From Eledone cirrhosa (Eukaryota): 32,470 nt of DNA. The notes under the pieces are model-generated. The model made no database searches. It was not told the DNA's origin and saw only the letters and a program-made list of their open reading frames with translations. A program made the translations under genes and the position numbers. Below, piece by piece: positions 27,446 through 32,470 of the stretch. The stretch is taken from assembly GCA_964016885.1 (NCBI GenBank), contig CAXHJY010001134.1, positions 1 through 32,470 of the forward strand. Direction: 5' to 3'. The stretch's first letter is position 1; each line of letters starts with the position of its first letter.

Positions 27446-27476
27446 ATATATATATATATAATATATATATATATAT

Positions 27477-27558
<82 letters not shown>

Positions 27559-27579
27559 TATATATATATATATTATATA

Positions 27580-27611
<32 letters not shown>

Positions 27612-27615
27612 ATAT

Positions 27616-27658
<43 letters not shown>

Positions 27659-27702
27659 TATATATATATTATATATATATTATATATATATATATAATAT
27701 AT

Positions 27703-27734
<32 letters not shown>

Positions 27735-27761
27735 CATATATATATTATATATATATTATAT

Positions 27762-27804
<43 letters not shown>

Positions 27805-27867
27805 TATATATATATTATATATATATTATATATATATATATAATATATATATATATATATAATATAT

Positions 27868-27935
<68 letters not shown>

Positions 27936-27939
27936 ATAT

Positions 27940-28016
<77 letters not shown>

Positions 28017-28150
28017 ATATTATATATATATATATATTATATATATTTTAAATATATATATATATTATATATATATATATATTATATATATATATAATAT
28101 ATATATATTTAAATATATATATATATATATATATTTTAAATATATATATA

Positions 28151-29345
28151 TTAGAAAGATCGAGTATCGAAAAATCGGCGCACGAGTTCACGATAAACGA
28201 AATTCGATATGAGCGGCAGAGGGCTCAATAATTCAGATGAATCAGAGCTATAACTATCGTTAAAATACCGTCACATATAGAACAAGTCTACAATCAACCA
28301 TACGATTTAAATCGATAGAGGAAGATTCGGGCCAAACAGATAAAAAATATCAATAAAACAATACGTCAATAATTTAAATGAATGTAAAATCATACCCGGA
28401 CCCACTAGACAGGTGTTAAATCTAGCTTCATGGGTTTCTGTAAATCCTTAGACTGTACTCTATCAGCTCACATATAAATATAAAAGCCTACTAGAGTAAG
28501 TGGAACGGAGGTTTACTTTATCAACGAGTTTTTTCCTGGCGGCAGAGGAGCCAACTACCAGTGAAAAACGCACATGGCATTAGACAAGGGAGATGACCCC
28601 TATATCGCGAAAACAATTCGAGTGAATGTGGAAATACACATATCGAATTAGAGTGCTCAATAGACATGTTAAAATAAAACAAAAGCTATTCATTACTCAA
28701 TAGAATCGACAAAAAATGAGCAATAAAATTAACTGGTGGATAGCTATGTCCAGAGCTAAATATATTAGAAAGATCGAGTATCGAAAAATCGGCGCACGAG
28801 TTCACGATAAACGAAATTCGATATGAGCGGCAGAGGGCTCAATAATTCAGATGAATCAGAGCTATAACTATCGTTAAAATACCGTCACATATAGAACAAG
28901 TCTACAATCAACCATACGATTTAAAATCGATAGAGGAAGATTCGGGCCAAACAGATAAAAAATATCAATAAAACAATACGTCAATAATTTAAATGAATGT
29001 AAAATCATACCCGGACCCACTAGACAGGTGTTAAATCTAGCTTCATGGGTTTCTGTAAATCCTTAGACTGTACTCTATCAGCTCACATATAAATATAAAA
29101 GCCTACTAGAGTAAGTGGAACGGAGGTTTACTTTATCAACGAGTTTTTTCCTGGCGGCAGAGGAGCCAACTACCAGTGAAAAACGCACATGGCATTAGAC
29201 AAGGGAGATGACCCCTATATCCGCGAAAACAATTCGAGTGAATGTGGAAATACACATATCGAATTAGAGTGCTCAATAGACATGTTAAAATAAAACAAAA
29301 GCTATTCATCACTCAATAGAATCGACAAAAAATGAGCAATAAAAT

Positions 29346-29347
<2 letters not shown>
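28151..29347. repeat. 614-bp tandem dimer (about 1.95 units) inserted in (TA)n
   Basis: Units begin TTAGAAAGATCGAG at 28151 and 28765; near identical; no ORF in the track. Confidence 0.93.
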
Positions 29348-29387
<40 letters not shown>

Positions 29388-29859
29388 TATATAATATATA
29401 TATTATATATATATATAATATATATATTTTAAATATATATATATATATATATTTTAAATATATATATATATATATATAATATATATATATATAATATATA
29501 TATATATATATAATATATATATATAATATATATATATAATATATATATTTTAAATATACATATATAATATACATATTTTAATTATATATATATATATCAT
29601 TTATTTTTATCATTTATTTTGTTTTGACCTGATTAGCTTGATTTGTTTTTTGGCTTGGGTGGTTAATGCCCTCTTGACCACCTTTTCAGTTTTGTATGGC
29701 TTCTTAACACATTGTTTAGCTCTGGTTTTTAACTATTGAGCACTTTGCCAGTATCATTTCTGATTTTCGTGTTTCACTTCGCTTTTCCTGCCCGCCGAAA
29801 ATCGATTCTCGCTGAATCTTTATATGTAATATATAATATATATATATATGTATATATAT

Positions 29860-30161
29860 ATATAAATGAAGTAATTCCGTCGGAAATGTCCAGGAAAAAA
29901 GAGTGCTCTATGTAGGTAACAGAGCTTAATAGTTATGTAATAAACAACATAAGGCAAGTGTTTTCTTAAAGCAAAAGATTTTGCTTTCAATCCTCAGAAT
30001 GAAAAAATCCTGGTCTGTTTATTGAATTTGGATTTTAAAAAACAAAAATGCAATCTATATGAAAGTGAGGATGGAGAAAGAAGGAAAGGAAAAATAAAAT
30101 AAAACCACACATGCAAATACACACACAAACACGCACACATACACAGAAAAGCACACAGAAA

Positions 30162-30239
<78 letters not shown>

Positions 30240-30422
30240 CACTCATACATACACACACATATATACACACATATGTGTATATAAATACACACATACACAT
30301 ACATATACACATATATACATACGCACATAAATATCAACACATCCATACATACACATACATATATACAACCACACACACATATATACACACATACATACAT
30401 ATAGAAACCTAAATATATATAT

Positions 30423-30475
<53 letters not shown>

Positions 30476-30892
30476 AAAGCATACACATACACAAACATAG
30501 CCATACACACATACATATACATACATACATGCACACAATCATACATATATACACACGTACATACATACACATGCACTCCTCTACATATTCACACACGCAA
30601 ATAAATATAAGAAAAAATATATATAAAAAAATAAAAAAATAAAAAAATAAAAAAATAAAATTATTATAGAGTTGACAGCGATACAAACGGCGGGTAGATG
30701 AACAGACACGCGTGGTAAGTAACACAAATGCACGTATACATACGTACGAAATAGTAAATACATACACACACTCTCACACATAAATATACATATACAAATA
30801 CATAAACACATACACATACACAAATACATGCACAAACACGCACACACACACGTATACAATTATACACACACATATACACACACACATATATA

Positions 30893-30956
<64 letters not shown>

Positions 30957-31317
30957 TAAAAATACACACAAACATATATATGTATATATACATATATACA
31001 TACATAGCTATACAATTATAGCACATACAAATACGTACATATTATAAACACGCACAACCAAATACAAACACACACACACACATATATATATATATACATA
31101 CATACACACATACATGTGTGTGTGTGTAAAACTCAGTCTTAGATAATTCATATGAACCTTACATATACATATATATAGTAGTAAAGTAATAAAGTAATAA
31201 GCAACATAAGGCAATTATTCCATTCACCAGTGGTTTCTTAAAAGCAAAAAAATGTTGCCTTCAATCTTCAGAATGAAAAAAACCCTGGTCTATCTACATA
31301 TACATATATACACACAC

Positions 31318-31407
<90 letters not shown>

Positions 31408-32073
31408 CATACACATAGGTATGTGAAGGGCAAGGCAAAAAGAATATATGGGGTGGGGGACATAGGAAAAGGTGAAATATAAGGGGAGATAAGGGAGAAA
31501 AAATATATACAAGAGTACAGAACGTAGATTCAGCAAAATAAAAAAAACCGTAGCAGAAGTAAAGAGCAGAAAAGGAGGTCAAGGTGGTTGATTTATCATA
31601 GGAGTGTCAATCCAGTACAGATCAGATGCGATTTCAGATGAGGACAGCATCTGAAGATGTCAGTCTTTGAGTTAAGGCAAGCGGAAGTGGCTCTCAAGTT
31701 TAGCAAAATCATATATTTTTCTGTGGTACACAAAGAACAATTCTTTGTGCCCTTTGGTACTCCCTCGAATGGTCTAATCTTAGACCAATCGTTAGAGTAC
31801 GGGATGTTACTATCCTTGAATATTTCGTACGTATGTATACGTGCATTTGTGTGTGTTACTTACCACGCGTGTCTGTTCATCTACCCGCCGTTTGTATCGC
31901 TGTCAACTCTATAATAATTTTTATTTTTATTTTTTATATATATTTTTTCTTATATTTATTTGCGTGTGTGAATATGTAGAGGAGTGCATTTATGTATGTG
32001 TATGTATGTACGTGTGTATATATGTATGTATATGTATGTGTGTATGGCTATGTTTGTGTATGTGTATGCTTGT

Positions 32074-32116
<43 letters not shown>

Positions 32117-32281
32117 GGTTTCTATATGTATGTATGTGTGTATGTATGTGTGTGTGGTTGTATATATGTATGTGTATGTATGGATGTGTGATATTTATGT
32201 GCGTATTTATAAATGTGTATGTGTATGTGTGTATTTATATACACATATATGTGTATATATGTGTGTGTGTATGTATGAGTG

Positions 32282-32312
<31 letters not shown>

Positions 32313-32470
32313 GTATGTGTGTGTGTGTGTATGTATGCTTTTGTGTGCGTGTGTATTTGCATGTGTGGTTTTATTTTATTTTTCCTTTCCTTCTTTCTCC
32401 AGCCTCACTTTCATATAGATTGCATTTTTGTTTTTTTAAATTCAAATTCAATAAACAGAGCAGGATTTTT
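29860..32470 (-). mobile_element. 5'-truncated Penelope-like element D with long 5' inverted repeat running off the window
   Basis: 31821-32470 is the reverse complement of ~30003-30753; EN C-terminus at 31596-31820; microsatellite-mosaic 3'UTR; left boundary uncertain. Confidence 0.82.
31596..31820 (-). pseudogene. C-terminal fragment of PLE GIY-YIG endonuclease (element D)
   Basis: Manual translation: FKDSNIPYSNDWSKIRPFEGVPKGTKNCSLCTTEKYMILLNLRATSACLNSKTDIFRCCPHLKSHLICTGLTLL*; same KD..I.Y...W, CxLC..E, LN...CxH pattern as A, B and C. Confidence 0.88.

Noticed and set aside
29960-30006. Minus-strand CUGAGGA-uu-GAAAGCAAAA..UUUUGCU hammerhead-like motif (related copy at ~31233-31280)
   Set aside because: No stem II, an extra nucleotide at the cleavage junction, and the second copy has GAAG; at best a degenerate remnant.

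Overview
Eukaryotic (probably arthropod or other invertebrate; inference from repeat content), extremely microsatellite-rich DNA with no recognisable host gene. It is a scaffold of long imperfect (TA)n tracts, and most non-(TA) islands are retroelement insertions. The dominant component is Penelope-like elements (PLEs) resembling the Naiad clade (RT with YRDD plus C-terminal GIY-YIG). There are four distinct families: B is nearly intact (15205-18330), C is full-length but decayed (20202-24356), A is permuted and truncated (6364-8577), and D is 5'-truncated on the minus strand (about 29860-32470). Around them lie small non-coding inserts that mostly carry type I hammerhead ribozymes (HHRs), tandem or terminally redundant monomers and 5' inversions, i.e. 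retrozyme-like passengers probably moved by the PLE enzymes. At least eight different HHR sequences are visible, several with unusual cores or very long stem II. The most striking single observation is 12145-12530, a fold-back copy of the family-C terminal repeat. Both arms carry dense A-to-G changes on the same strand, concentrated in the 110-bp paired stem. This looks like ADAR A-to-I hyper-edited dsRNA that was reverse-transcribed into the genome. The left end holds the 5' part of a minus-strand APE-type LINE (Myb/SANT-like, poly-Q and CCCH ORF1; U_UUU_UUA slippery site into ORF2). A Helitron/Helentron-like non-autonomous element with a 37-bp minisatellite follows it. All alignments and folds were done by eye.
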